Below, in pieces: positions 8,718-18,853 of a DNA stretch of 58,424 nt (its first letter is position 1; each line of letters opens with the position of its first letter). Made by a program: the position numbers and the translations under genes. The notes under the pieces were generated by a model. The model was not told where the DNA came from. It saw only the letters and a list, made by a program, of their open reading frames with translations, and did not search any database. Source of the stretch: Candidatus Woesearchaeota archaeon (GTDB lineage: Archaea > Nanobdellota > Nanobdellia > Pacearchaeales > GW2011-AR1); contig CAYZNI010000003.1 of the NCBI GenBank assembly GCA_964479755.1, forward strand, positions 1 through 58,424. Direction: 5' to 3'.

Positions 8718-9806
8718 TTAAAGAAATTTAGTTAGAATTTCCATTATTCTTTTGGCAGCGTTTCCATCTCCAAAAGGGTTTTCCCAATTATTCAATTTTG
8801 GGTAGTTGGCAATCATATGTAAAGTACATTCAAGTATTTTTTTAGGTTCTGTTCCTGCCAAAATATTAGCCTTATACTCAATAGTCTCTGGCCTCTCAGT
8901 ATTCTCTCTTACAGTAATGCAAGGGACTTTTAGAATAAAACATTCTTCCTGAACTCCTCCAGAATCAGTTAACGCAACTTTTGCATTTGCCTCCAACTGA
9001 AGAAATTCCAAAAATCCCAAGGGATCGATTAACGTTAAATTTTCTGGAAGTTCAATATTAAATTCTTTAATTTTATTTTTAGTCCTAGGGTGAATTGGGA
9101 AGATTAACGGTAAATTCAAATTAGTTTGAACCATCTTGAGCCCTTCTAAAATATTTCTTAACTTATCATCCTTATCGACATTTTCCGCCCTATGAATAGT
9201 AGCTAAGATATACTCATTTGGTTCTATCTTTAACTTTCTTAAAGCATCGCTTTTCTTATTAGCTATTTCCAAATTCTGATTTACAGTATCTACAATAGTA
9301 TTCCCAGTTAAAAATATTTTATCAGGTTCGCGACCTTCTTGATGTAAATTCTTCAAAGCATCAGGAGTAGGGGCAAAGAGAAAATCAGATACATGATCTG
9401 TAATTATTCTATTTGTTTCCTCCAGCATAGTGATATCATGACTTCTAAGACCTGCTTCATGATGGGCTACCTTTATGTTAAATTTTTTAGCCGCTAAAGT
9501 TCCAGCAAGCACAGAAATCGTATCGCCTTGAACGATTACCACGTCTGGTTTTTCTTTTTCTAAAATTTTAGATATTTCCTTAATCATTATTCCTACTTGT
9601 TTTCTATAAGGTTGTCCTCCAACTCCTAAATTATACCTACTTTTGGGCAATTCTAAGTCATCAAATATTTGTTCATCAAGCTCTTTACTATAGTGTTGTC
9701 CAGTATGTAAAATAAAAAAGTCTAACTTTCTTCTTTCACATTCTCTTATCAAAGAAGCCATCTTAATTATTTCAGGTCTTGTTCCTAAGACTATACAAAT
9801 TTTCAT
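8718..9806 (-). CDS. wecB: UDP-N-acetylglucosamine 2-epimerase (non-hydrolysing)
   Basis: 'MKICIVLGTRPEIIKMASLI', 'HTGQHY', 'DSGGVQEE'. 362 aa. Confidence 0.9.
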   Translation of the reverse strand: MKICIVLGTRPEIIKMASLIRECERRKLDFFILHTGQHYSKELDEQIFDDLELPKSRYNLGVGGQPYRKQVGIMIKEISKILEKEKPDVVIVQGDTISVLAGTLAAKKFNIKVAHHEAGLRSHDITMLEETNRIITDHVSDFLFAPTPDALKNLHQEGREPDKIFLTGNTIVDTVNQNLEIANKKSDALRKLKIEPNEYILATIHRAENVDKDDKLRNILEGLKMVQTNLNLPLIFPIHPRTKNKIKEFNIELPENLTLIDPLGFLEFLQLEANAKVALTDSGGVQEECFILKVPCITVRENTERPETIEYKANILAGTEPKKILECTLHMIANYPKLNNWENPFGDGNAAKRIMEILTKFL

Positions 9807-9883
9807 TAAAGTATAGCTTATACAATGTTTATAAACTAGACTATTTTGGGAACATATTTAAAGTACCCATTTTAAATGAACAA

Positions 9884-10939
9884 ATGAAGGTTTTATTTAA
9901 CACTCAACCAACCGCCTTTCAAAGTTCAATGTTCGGTGGAGCAGAAGTGCAATTACTTAAAACAAAAGAGGGCTTAGAAAAGTTAGGAATAAAAGTCAAA
10001 GGCTTCGACCCCTTTAATGACAAGTTTGAGGATTTTCAAATATTTCAAAATTTCTCTATGCAAAGAGATAGTTTCAAAGCTTTTTCTGTTGCAAAAAATT
10101 CAGGCTTAAAATTAGCATTATCTTCAATTTACTGGCCACCAGAAGAACTTTTATTTTCAGATGAAAAATTTAAGAGCTTAGGGAAGATAATATTCGAAAG
10201 ACTGGCTTTATGGAAAAATGAGAAAAACCCTTTCTACCAAATCTATCCTTACAAAGGTTATTTGGAGTTGGCCGATATAGTCCTTCCAAATTCAGAGACA
10301 GAAAAAAAGGTTCTAATAAAAAGATTCGGCATATCAGCGAGTAAAATCTCGATCGTTCCAAATGGGGTTGACAAGAAATTTTTGAGGTCTAACCCATCAG
10401 AATTTATAAAGAAATATAAGAAAAAAGACTTTGTTCTGTTTGTAGGAAGAATCGATCCTCGTAAAAATCTACTAAAATTAATCAGAGCAACAAAAGAGCT
10501 AGATCTTGAACTTGTAGTTATTGGAAATGTTGCCCCTTTTCATTCTGATTATCCGAAAAAATGCTTAGATGCTGCAAAAGGTTCAAAAACTGTCTTTTTA
10601 GGAAGTTTTCCTCCTAACTCTTCGATTTTATCTTCAGCTTATGCTGCCGCTAAAACGCTGGCTTTGCCAAGTTGGTATGAAACTCCTGGACTAGTCGCTT
10701 TAGAAGCCGGCTTAGCAGGTTGTAATCTTATGATTACCAATAGGGGAAGCACAAAAGACTACTTTGAGGGATTTGCAGAATTTTGCAACCCTGTTAATTT
10801 TGATTCTATAAAAGAAGCCCTAAATAAAGCACATTCCAGGCCCAAGTCAAAAAATCTATCTCAACATATCTTAAAAAATTATACTTGGGAAATGGTTGCT
10901 AAAAAGACTCTTGAGGCTTATAAAAAAGTATTGAAATAA
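9884..10939 (+). CDS. Glycosyltransferase family 4 (GT-B, RfaB-like)
   Basis: 'FVGRIDPRKN' and 'ETPGLVALEAGLAGCNL' (E-x7-E region). The start is moved to the ATG at 9884, which sits 29 nt after the 'TATTTAAAG' box and avoids overlap with wecB. Confidence 0.8.
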   Translation: MKVLFNTQPTAFQSSMFGGAEVQLLKTKEGLEKLGIKVKGFDPFNDKFEDFQIFQNFSMQRDSFKAFSVAKNSGLKLALSSIYWPPEELLFSDEKFKSLGKIIFERLALWKNEKNPFYQIYPYKGYLELADIVLPNSETEKKVLIKRFGISASKISIVPNGVDKKFLRSNPSEFIKKYKKKDFVLFVGRIDPRKNLLKLIRATKELDLELVVIGNVAPFHSDYPKKCLDAAKGSKTVFLGSFPPNSSILSSAYAAAKTLALPSWYETPGLVALEAGLAGCNLMITNRGSTKDYFEGFAEFCNPVNFDSIKEALNKAHSRPKSKNLSQHILKNYTWEMVAKKTLEAYKKVLK

Positions 10940-10940
10940 T

Positions 10941-12113
10941 TTATTCAAGTAATTCTGAAATCGCCTTCATAACTTCTTCAGTCGTTATAGCTAAAATACA
11001 ACTTTGATCTTCATCATCACAAGGATCTCCCCTCTCATTTGCAGGATGATATAATACTCTATAATTATCAGATTTCATCCAAGGTCTCCATTGTGAAGGA
11101 GGACTTCTGCTCATTAAATCAACAACTTTAGTTTCGCAAGCACTGGCCATATGTATTATACTAGTGTCAGGGGCAATTAAAATTTTAGTCTTGGTTAAAA
11201 GAGCAAGAAGTTCATCAATATCAAACTTGCCAGTGCCAACATAAATATCTTTTTTGTTTTTAGCACCGTCATAGATACTTTTAGCCAAACTCTCCTCATC
11301 TTGTGTGCCAGTAATTAGAACTTTCAAAGAAAATCTTTTAATTAATTGATCAGCTACTTCCGCATATCTTTTCTCTGACCATCTTCTAGAGACGTGTTTG
11401 CCTTCTTTAAATTTCCCATAACCTGGATGAATTATCGCGAAATTTTTCATTTTATTCTTTTTCAAAAACTCCTCTACTTTTTTTACCGCTTTTTTTGATG
11501 GGTTAGCCTCTAGTTTAGGATCTTTATCATCTATTTTAATTAAACCGAGAATCATCATGTTTGATTCCACAGCGTGCTTGCCGTTAAACTTCAATGGAAA
11601 AATTCTTCTAGTGAAAAAGAAAGCAGGCCCTTCCTTAACCATTTTAAAACAGCCAATGCGATATTTTATTCCGGCTAACAAACAAATCATAGTTATCCTA
11701 AGTGAACCTGGCCAGAGAATTAAAGCCAAATCATATTTTTCTCTCTTAATTGAGTTTAAATCTTCTTTGAATTTTCCAATATAAGGAATTATTTTTTCAA
11801 TATTATTATTGTTATTAAGTATCGATGAAGATCCTTCCTTTGCCATGAAATGAATCTCCGCATTTAGCTCTTCTTTTATTGCCCTTACAACTGGAGTAGC
11901 AGCCAATAACTCTCCGATCGCACCTGAATGTATAATTAAAACCCTCTTTATCTTTTCTTTTTTTATCACTTTAAACTTAGAAATATCAAATATCTGCCAA
12001 AATAAATAATCAAGAGTCAGTAAAAGCTCTCTTATTCTTTCTTTTATTTTACCCATATAAATAAAATTTATCATATGTTTAAAATGCTTTTGATTACTTT
12101 TGATTTTTTGCAA
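10941..12113 (-). CDS. Glycosyltransferase family 9 (heptosyltransferase-like)
   Basis: 'RVLIIHSGAIGELLAATPVVRAIKE' N-domain and 'IAPDTSIIHMASA' C-domain motif. The start is uncertain (internal Mets at 12074 and 12056). Confidence 0.75.
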   Translation of the reverse strand: MQKIKSNQKHFKHMINFIYMGKIKERIRELLLTLDYLFWQIFDISKFKVIKKEKIKRVLIIHSGAIGELLAATPVVRAIKEELNAEIHFMAKEGSSSILNNNNNIEKIIPYIGKFKEDLNSIKREKYDLALILWPGSLRITMICLLAGIKYRIGCFKMVKEGPAFFFTRRIFPLKFNGKHAVESNMMILGLIKIDDKDPKLEANPSKKAVKKVEEFLKKNKMKNFAIIHPGYGKFKEGKHVSRRWSEKRYAEVADQLIKRFSLKVLITGTQDEESLAKSIYDGAKNKKDIYVGTGKFDIDELLALLTKTKILIAPDTSIIHMASACETKVVDLMSRSPPSQWRPWMKSDNYRVLYHPANERGDPCDDEDQSCILAITTEEVMKAISELLE

Positions 12114-12789
12114 TTGCTAATATTTCCCATGGCTTAATATTTCCGAAAGACTTTTCTACGAAATGTCTGACCTTAGGGAATGGGAAGAGAACTCCGCTCA
12201 CTAATTGATTCAAACCAGGCCCATTGATTATTTTTACATCTGTAAATCCATTGTCCATCAAAATCCTATACAATGCCTCTCTTGGATAAGGTCTCTTATG
12301 AGTGGGGTCTTTGTAGAATTGTTTAAAACTAAAATTAGGTACTGCAATTACTAGAGTTCCATTATTGACTAGCACTCTCTTAAACTCAGAAAAAGCCTTC
12401 TCTGGGTTTTCTAAATGTTCAAGTACATGTGAACATATTAATCCATCAAAATTAGAGTCCTTAAAGGGTATTTTTTTAGTTATATCAGCAAACCAAACGT
12501 TCAAACCCTCTTTCTTTGCCAAGTCTGTCTCGCTTTTAATTACGTCAACTCCAGCAACTTGAATATTGAATGGATTCAATTTAATAAACTGACCCCTCCC
12601 ACAACCCGCATCTAAAACTCTTTTACAATCCTTAAGAAGTTTCCATTTTTCCATAAGAATCAAATTATAATGCTTCTCTGACCTTGTTTTAAAATAGTCT
12701 TTAACAGGCAGTCTTTCTTTAATAGCATACAAACCTTTCTTTTTATTAAATTCTTTTCCGCTATCAAAATAGCTTTTCTTAAATTCCAT
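12094..12789 (-). CDS. Class I SAM-dependent methyltransferase
   Basis: Motif I 'VLDAGCGRGQF' and 'LICSHVLEHL' (Methyltransf_11-like). Confidence 0.8.
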   Translation of the reverse strand: MEFKKSYFDSGKEFNKKKGLYAIKERLPVKDYFKTRSEKHYNLILMEKWKLLKDCKRVLDAGCGRGQFIKLNPFNIQVAGVDVIKSETDLAKKEGLNVWFADITKKIPFKDSNFDGLICSHVLEHLENPEKAFSEFKRVLVNNGTLVIAVPNFSFKQFYKDPTHKRPYPREALYRILMDNGFTDVKIINGPGLNQLVSGVLFPFPKVRHFVEKSFGNIKPWEILAIAKNQK

Positions 12790-12913
12790 AAAATGATTAA
12801 AATTTTACCCCTTTTAATTGTTTGTCTATAGAAAATGACTCTAACTCTCTAACTAGGCCGATTTGCATTTCATAGAATCAAAATAAATAAAAACCTCCTA
12901 ACTTAGTACTTTT

Positions 12914-14503
12914 ATGGAAAACAAAGAGGAAGTAACTATAAACGTTCACAAAGAAAAGACAAAAAATTGGCTTAACAAAAAGGAAAACTTAGTTTTTGTT
13001 CTCTTATTCATTACTGTCGTTGTAATAAGATTCTATTTTTATACTATGACTAAAAACCAGGCCCTATGGTGGGACGAGTCAGATTATATGGCCACCGCTA
13101 AGAGTCTTGCAGGACTAGGTCATTATAATCTTGAAGCAATTAGATTACCTACCTTTTCTCTGTTTGTATCAATATTTTTTAGGTTAGGTTTAACTGAACA
13201 GACAATCAGATTTATTGTTTTATACATTTCCTCATTAATTCTGATTTACTTTTTTTATTATTTACTAAAGGAGATGTATGCTGATAAAAGAATCGCATTA
13301 ATTTCTACTTTGATATTTTCAGTTCTTTGGGAACATCTTTTTTATAGTAACCGCTTCCATACAGAAAACTTTTCTTTAATATTCCAATTTCTTTCACTCA
13401 TTGTATTAGTAAAATCTTACTTAAAAAAAGAGAAATTTTTGTTCATAAGTAGCAAATACTCTTTAGTATCTGTTATTATCTTAGCAGTAATATCGGTTTT
13501 GTTCAGACCAGGAAGCTTAATGTTCGCTGTGGGATTAGTGCTCTTTCTTATACTATTAAAAGGAGATTTAATATTTAGGAATAAGAAAAATACAACCTAT
13601 ACTTTGATTTTTTTTGCTATTCTTACCATCTTATTCTTTACATTTATAGGCAAAATTCATTCGCCCTTTGTCACGTACTATTATAACTTAGACAGACCAA
13701 TAAATTACGTCCATCTCACAGTATTCAAGGGTTACTATCAACCAATCAACCCTAGCTTACCAAATTTATTATATTACTTATTTTTATTAGGAACAGTTAT
13801 AGCATTAGCAAAGATGTTTCTGAGCTATGACAAATTTAAGAAATTAAAACCAGACAAGGAATTCTTAGAGTTTAAATCAGACTTGTTAAACTTCTTATTA
13901 ATAATCTGCTTGTTAATTTCCCTTATCTTTTTTATAAGAGCCCAAGACTACGAGTTCAGATGGTTCTTCCCCCTATTACCCGGAATGCTTGCATTTACAT
14001 CTAAAGGAATCATTGATTTCTCAAGTACCATCGGAGAAAAGCTATCAAACAAAAAAATCACAACAATTCTAATAGTAGCTTTTTCCTTGTTTGGTTTTTA
14101 CACTCAGTTAGCACATGCAAACATGATTATTAATGCAAAGGTTGATTCTTACTCACAAGTAAAAGATTCTGGGATCTGGATAAAAGAACATTCAAACAAT
14201 AACGATGTGATCGTAAGCGCTTCTGTACCACAACATTCCTATTACACAGAAAGAAAAGTTTACACCTTCGCTTTTGATAATAGTTCTAATAACACCGAAG
14301 AATACTTCAATGATAAATTAAAAGAAATAAAACCAAGGTATGTCGCAGTTTCAATATTCGAACCTGTCTTTACCCCCCAATGGGCTTATACTTGGGGCCA
14401 AAAGCATAATGAAACTGTAGTTCCAGTTAAGGTTTATTTTGCAGATCAACAACAAACGCAACCGATTCTAATAGTATACGAAATTAAAAACAAATTTATT
14501 TAG
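12914..14503 (+). CDS. GT-C fold membrane glycosyltransferase (GT39/GT83, ArnT/PMT-like)
   Basis: 529 aa and polytopic. First-loop acidic motif 'LWWDESDYMATAKSL'. C-terminal soluble domain. Confidence 0.7.
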   Translation: MENKEEVTINVHKEKTKNWLNKKENLVFVLLFITVVVIRFYFYTMTKNQALWWDESDYMATAKSLAGLGHYNLEAIRLPTFSLFVSIFFRLGLTEQTIRFIVLYISSLILIYFFYYLLKEMYADKRIALISTLIFSVLWEHLFYSNRFHTENFSLIFQFLSLIVLVKSYLKKEKFLFISSKYSLVSVIILAVISVLFRPGSLMFAVGLVLFLILLKGDLIFRNKKNTTYTLIFFAILTILFFTFIGKIHSPFVTYYYNLDRPINYVHLTVFKGYYQPINPSLPNLLYYLFLLGTVIALAKMFLSYDKFKKLKPDKEFLEFKSDLLNFLLIICLLISLIFFIRAQDYEFRWFFPLLPGMLAFTSKGIIDFSSTIGEKLSNKKITTILIVAFSLFGFYTQLAHANMIINAKVDSYSQVKDSGIWIKEHSNNNDVIVSASVPQHSYYTERKVYTFAFDNSSNNTEEYFNDKLKEIKPRYVAVSIFEPVFTPQWAYTWGQKHNETVVPVKVYFADQQQTQPILIVYEIKNKFI

Positions 14504-14507
14504 CAAG

Positions 14508-15212
14508 ATGAAACGAGGTACTCTAATGTCTATTGTTTTTGAGAAGATTCCAGAGGTCTCACTAAAAAATGATTTAAGATATTTTTTAGCATTTAGCAGA
14601 TTAAGTCCAAGATTTTTGCAAGATATTTCTCCAGTAAAGGGTTATGAAAAGTATTATCAGTTAAAAAAAGGAGATTTCGTAGTAGATGCTGGTGCATATC
14701 CAGGAGATTATGCAGTTTTTGCAGCCAGAAAAGTGGGAAGAGAAGGCAAGATAATTTGCTTTGAGCCAGATACTAAAAACAGAAAAGTACTAGAAAAGAA
14801 CCTAAAAAAAGAAGGACTAAATAATTACATAATAATTCCAAAAGGCCTTTGGAATAGAAACACAACTCTAAATCTAGAAAATTCTGACGGATTACATTCT
14901 ACTTTATCGAAAAAAAAAGGATCTATAAAGATCAAAGTAGCACGTCTCGATGATGAACTAAAAGAACTTAAAATTCCTAAAATTGATGTTTTAAAAATGG
15001 ATATTGAAGGTGCAGAAATTGAAGCTGTTCAAGGAGCTAAATCGACTTTGAAAAATAATAAAGTTCATGTTGCAATAGCCTCTTATCATATAGTGAATGG
15101 AAAAACAACGTCTTTTTATTTAGAAAATTTCTTTAAAAAATTAGGATACAAATCAAAATCAGACTTTCCAAACCACCTAACTACTTATGCTTGGAAAAAT
15201 AACCAGATTTAG
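14508..15212 (+). CDS. FkbM-family methyltransferase
   Basis: 'VVDAGAYPGDYAVFAA' and 'LKMDIEGAEIEAVQGA', the FkbM signature. Confidence 0.85.
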   Translation: MKRGTLMSIVFEKIPEVSLKNDLRYFLAFSRLSPRFLQDISPVKGYEKYYQLKKGDFVVDAGAYPGDYAVFAARKVGREGKIICFEPDTKNRKVLEKNLKKEGLNNYIIIPKGLWNRNTTLNLENSDGLHSTLSKKKGSIKIKVARLDDELKELKIPKIDVLKMDIEGAEIEAVQGAKSTLKNNKVHVAIASYHIVNGKTTSFYLENFFKKLGYKSKSDFPNHLTTYAWKNNQI

Positions 15213-16200
15213 CTTTAGCAAATGAAATAATATAAGCAGCGGTTGTTCCAAAAGTTAAGGGTGCATGAAGCAACCAAGCTTTATCTTTATAGTAATAGAC
15301 CATTCTTAGAGAAGTTATAAATGCGGGTAGAAACAACAACCCCTTTAAAACTTGAAAATAAAAGTTCACTTTACCAGTCTTGCCCCAAAATCCAGAGTTC
15401 CACTTAAATTCTCTTTCTTGATTTTTAGATCTAAAGTAATATTCGCCCCACTTAATTTTTTTTCTAAGAAAATCTTTAGTGCTTTTTGTAATTAGGTGAT
15501 GAAGATGTGCATTCTTTGCTATCGCTATATTTGCACCGCCCCTCTTTTTGGACAAGCGATAGGCAACATCTACATCTCTAGTATATCCTCCTATCTCATT
15601 AAGAATTTTTTTTCTAAAGGCTAAGTAATATCCTCCAGTGATCAAAAAGTTTTTTTCAGTATTATTATACACAAAGTATTTCCCTTTGTCTTCTAATTTA
15701 ACTTTCCTTAGAGAGATATGAGGATCTAAGGAAGTATAAACAGCAAAAGGATCGGTGCCAACATATGCCAGGTATTGATTAATTAAAGGATCTGATCTAA
15801 CTACGGCTTGCCTGCAAATTGCATAATCTATTGAAGAATCATAGATTAAAGGATAAATCATTTTTCTAAGCCAATCTTTTTCAACAAGAGAGTTGTCAGA
15901 ATCAATTGTTATAACAATGTCTCCCATTGCTTTTTCACATCCTATTGATTTAGGCATGCCTTTTCCTTCCATATACCCTCTTATTTTAGTTAGTATAATT
16001 CTAGAGCCGTATTCTTTGGCTACTTCTAAAGTTCCATCAGTGGAATAACTATCTACAATTACAATTTCTACTTTTTTCTTGGGATAATCTTGTTTTCTAA
16101 TGCTTTGTAGACAAAGTTTGAGATAGTCTTTACAGTTTAAAGTACAAATAACAAAACTAACAGTTGGCAGTTTTTCGCGCTCATTCTTTTTTTGTTTCAT
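15181..16200 (-). CDS. Glycosyltransferase family 2
   Basis: 'VSFVICTLNCKDYLKLCLQSIRKQDYP' and 'TIDSDN' (DxD). C-terminal TM segments. Confidence 0.8.
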   Translation of the reverse strand: MKQKKNEREKLPTVSFVICTLNCKDYLKLCLQSIRKQDYPKKKVEIVIVDSYSTDGTLEVAKEYGSRIILTKIRGYMEGKGMPKSIGCEKAMGDIVITIDSDNSLVEKDWLRKMIYPLIYDSSIDYAICRQAVVRSDPLINQYLAYVGTDPFAVYTSLDPHISLRKVKLEDKGKYFVYNNTEKNFLITGGYYLAFRKKILNEIGGYTRDVDVAYRLSKKRGGANIAIAKNAHLHHLITKSTKDFLRKKIKWGEYYFRSKNQEREFKWNSGFWGKTGKVNFYFQVLKGLLFLPAFITSLRMVYYYKDKAWLLHAPLTFGTTAAYIISFAKAKSGYFSKHK

Positions 16201-17089
16201 TTTTATAATATTGAATTAATTTTTTTAATCCTTCGTCGAATATAATCTTTGGTTTGGATCTCATCATCGAGATGTCTGAACAGTATCTAGTCACCTCTTG
16301 AGAACTAGCAGAATTTATCTGGTAATCAGACTTGCTCTCCGATAATAAAATAATTTTTTTAGCAAGCTCAATTACAGATATCTCTTTTCCGCTTCCAATA
16401 TTTATTATTGAATTAACTTGGCTTTTCATCTCTAAAATAATATTATCTATAACATCTTCTACATGTACAAAATCCAGTGTTTGTTGCCCGCCATTTAGAC
16501 TAAGTTTTTTGTTTTCTAAGGCGCTTTTTATAAAAGTCGGTATAACTCTGCCCGGTACAAAATCCATCTCCCCGTAAACATTTGCGAGACGGAATATAGT
16601 TACGTTTAAACCTTTATTTATAAAATACTCACAAATATCCTCAGAGATTAATTTAGTCAAACCATAAAGATTTATTGGATCTTTTGGTTCTGTTTCTTTT
16701 ACTGGAATTTTTTTAGGATTTCCATAAACTTCTCTAGAAGAAAAGAATACAACCTTCTTTACTTTATTTACATGAGAGGATTTTAAGACGTTTAACGTTC
16801 CTGTAACATTTGTTGAAAAACAATATTCAGGAAATTTTATACTTTCTCTTACATTAGCAAATGCAGCAAGATGAAACACAATGTCTTTATCCTTAGTTAA
16901 ATCCATAACAACAGAAGCATCTCGTACGTCTCCATTTATGAATTTAATTTTATTTAGGAAATCAAAATTTTCTATTTTTTGTGAGTTTTTTAGATTATCT
17001 AAAACAGTTATCGAATTATTCTCTTGTAGTAATCTTTTAACAAGATTAGAACCAATAAAACCTAGACCCCCAGTAACTAATATCTTCAT
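16181..17089 (-). CDS. NAD-dependent sugar epimerase/dehydratase (extended SDR, GalE-like)
   Basis: 'MKILVTGGLGFIGSNLVKRL' and 'YGLTKLISE' (YxxxK). Confidence 0.85.
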   Translation of the reverse strand: MKILVTGGLGFIGSNLVKRLLQENNSITVLDNLKNSQKIENFDFLNKIKFINGDVRDASVVMDLTKDKDIVFHLAAFANVRESIKFPEYCFSTNVTGTLNVLKSSHVNKVKKVVFFSSREVYGNPKKIPVKETEPKDPINLYGLTKLISEDICEYFINKGLNVTIFRLANVYGEMDFVPGRVIPTFIKSALENKKLSLNGGQQTLDFVHVEDVIDNIILEMKSQVNSIINIGSGKEISVIELAKKIILLSESKSDYQINSASSQEVTRYCSDISMMRSKPKIIFDEGLKKLIQYYKNETKKE

Positions 17090-17090
17090 A

Positions 17091-18041
17091 TTAAATTCCT
17101 TCCCTTTGGCTCTTATTTACTATTCCAGATATTATTCCAGCACCATAAGAAATATGTGTTAGAAAAATTAAATAGCAAGATACAAAAAAAGACTTAGCAT
17201 TTTTATTCTTTAATGAAATCTTCAGTGCAACAATAAAAAATATAACAAAGTAGAAAAATAAAGGAATAAAAAACACTAAATATCTAGCCAAACTAATATT
17301 CTTCATAAAAGAAAAAATCATAAGTCCAATTAAAAACAATAAATATATATCGAATACTGCAGGAAAATAAAATAAAGGGTTCTTAAAAAAGCCATTTAGT
17401 TTCTCCTTCCTCGATCTAGAATTTCCAAAGAAAAATATCTGCTTAACATATCCCTTTGTATTGCTTCTACCTCTATGATAAATAAAAACCTCTGGAGTGT
17501 ATCCTACTTTAAATCCAAGTCTCCTTGCTTTATCAATTAAACTTACTTCATCTGCAGGATATTGTTTCGGATCAAATAATAAATCCTTGAAAACTTCTTT
17601 TCTACAAATTAAAAGGGCCCCGCTCAAGAAATTTGAATTCGCATTAAGACTTAAAGGGTTTTTCTTGTATCTTTTACTAATGCCCGGACAAACAAGCTCC
17701 TCCGCCATAACATCTCTATTAATTTTGGAAAAAAATGAATCGTCTTTTGGAGTTAATTGCGGACCTCCAAATATAGCTATTTCAGGGTGTTCGTTAGTAA
17801 AGGAATCAACATTTTTAAAAAAATCTTTTTCTATGATTCCGTCGTCATCTAAGAATATTAAAATCTCCCCTTTAGACTTTTTAATGCCATTATTTCTATT
17901 AATTGGCACATTCAAGCCCTTCTCTATTATTATTTCAATTTTTGAGTGGTCGTATTTAGTTTCTTTAATAGAACTTAAAATCTCAGCTTCTCTCCAGGGA
18001 GCCAAGGCAATTATCGCGGAATATTTTATTCTTTTTTTCAT
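17091..18041 (-). CDS. Glycosyltransferase family 2 with C-terminal TM domain
   Basis: GT-A region with 'ILIFLDDDG', followed by 3-4 TM helices. Confidence 0.7.
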   Translation of the reverse strand: MKKRIKYSAIIALAPWREAEILSSIKETKYDHSKIEIIIEKGLNVPINRNNGIKKSKGEILIFLDDDGIIEKDFFKNVDSFTNEHPEIAIFGGPQLTPKDDSFFSKINRDVMAEELVCPGISKRYKKNPLSLNANSNFLSGALLICRKEVFKDLLFDPKQYPADEVSLIDKARRLGFKVGYTPEVFIYHRGRSNTKGYVKQIFFFGNSRSRKEKLNGFFKNPLFYFPAVFDIYLLFLIGLMIFSFMKNISLARYLVFFIPLFFYFVIFFIVALKISLKNKNAKSFFVSCYLIFLTHISYGAGIISGIVNKSQREGI

Positions 18042-18050
18042 ACAGCCTAT

Positions 18051-18800
18051 CTAATCTTTAGCCCCCATGCTTTTCAAATGATTTAAATTTATAAGTCTTA
18101 GCCTAATCACTCCAAGAGCCATCCATGGTCCAGCAGCCCAAAAATTAATTTTTGAATATTCTTTATCAGTCCAAATTGTAGGAATTTCCTTAATTCTGAA
18201 ACCTTTCTTTTTCATCTGGTACAATAAATCAACATCAAAAGCCCATTGCGACATTGTAATCTTATGAATAACTTCTTCAACAACCCTTCTTCTGAAAATT
18301 TTAGCACCACATTGCGTGTCCTTATATGAGAGAAATAAGATGGCCCTAATTAATGTATTAAACATCCAACGCGCCACCATTCTTCTAAATAGAGGTTTAG
18401 GAGAAACAACTGCCCCCTTAATCCACCTGCTTGCTATAACACCGTCACTATTCCCCATGCTGCTTAAAAGTTTATGGTATTCTTGGGGAGAAGTCGCCAT
18501 ATCGGCATCAACAAAACCAATTAAATCATTCTCATTTTTTAGAGACTCTTTAAAGCCCTCAATAATAGCGTACCCCTTTCCCCCCCTGACTAAATTTAAG
18601 CATTTTATACGCCTATTCTTCTTGATAAATTCCCTTACTATTTTTTGTGTGCCATCACTAGTATTGTTTATACTGACTATTACCTCATAATCTAAGACCT
18701 CCTCTACCCTTAAATTCTCAAAATATTCAGAATAAGAATTAAGTGTTCTTGTTATGCGTTTTTCTTCATTGTGGGCAGGTATCACTATAGAGATTTTCAT
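18051..18800 (-). CDS. Polyprenyl/dolichyl-phosphate glycosyltransferase (GT2, DPM1/GtrB-like)
   Basis: 'MKISIVIPAHNEEKRI', 'FVDADMATSPQE' and 'QCGAKIF'. I use the ATG at 18800 instead of the TTG at 18812. Confidence 0.8.
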   Translation of the reverse strand: MKISIVIPAHNEEKRITRTLNSYSEYFENLRVEEVLDYEVIVSINNTSDGTQKIVREFIKKNRRIKCLNLVRGGKGYAIIEGFKESLKNENDLIGFVDADMATSPQEYHKLLSSMGNSDGVIASRWIKGAVVSPKPLFRRMVARWMFNTLIRAILFLSYKDTQCGAKIFRRRVVEEVIHKITMSQWAFDVDLLYQMKKKGFRIKEIPTIWTDKEYSKINFWAAGPWMALGVIRLRLINLNHLKSMGAKD

Positions 18801-18821
18801 CACAAAAAACAAAAAAACAAA

Positions 18822-18836
18822 ATATTTTAAATATAT
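18822..18836. promoter_or_regulatory. Shared bidirectional TATA-like element between the GT2 gene and the GT-C operon
   Basis: Near-palindromic 'ATTTTAAATAT' sits in the 53-nt spacer. It lies about 30 nt from the ATG at 18854 (+) and about 34 nt from the ATG at 18800 (-). Confidence 0.4.
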
Positions 18837-18853
18837 CTATAGTTAGTTGATTC

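Noticed and set aside
17497-18054. 185-aa plus-strand ORF
   Set aside because: It is entirely antisense to the GT2 gene 17091-18041, which has clear GT-A motifs. Its Ser/Leu/Phe/Lys-rich composition is typical of the reverse frame of an AT-rich gene.
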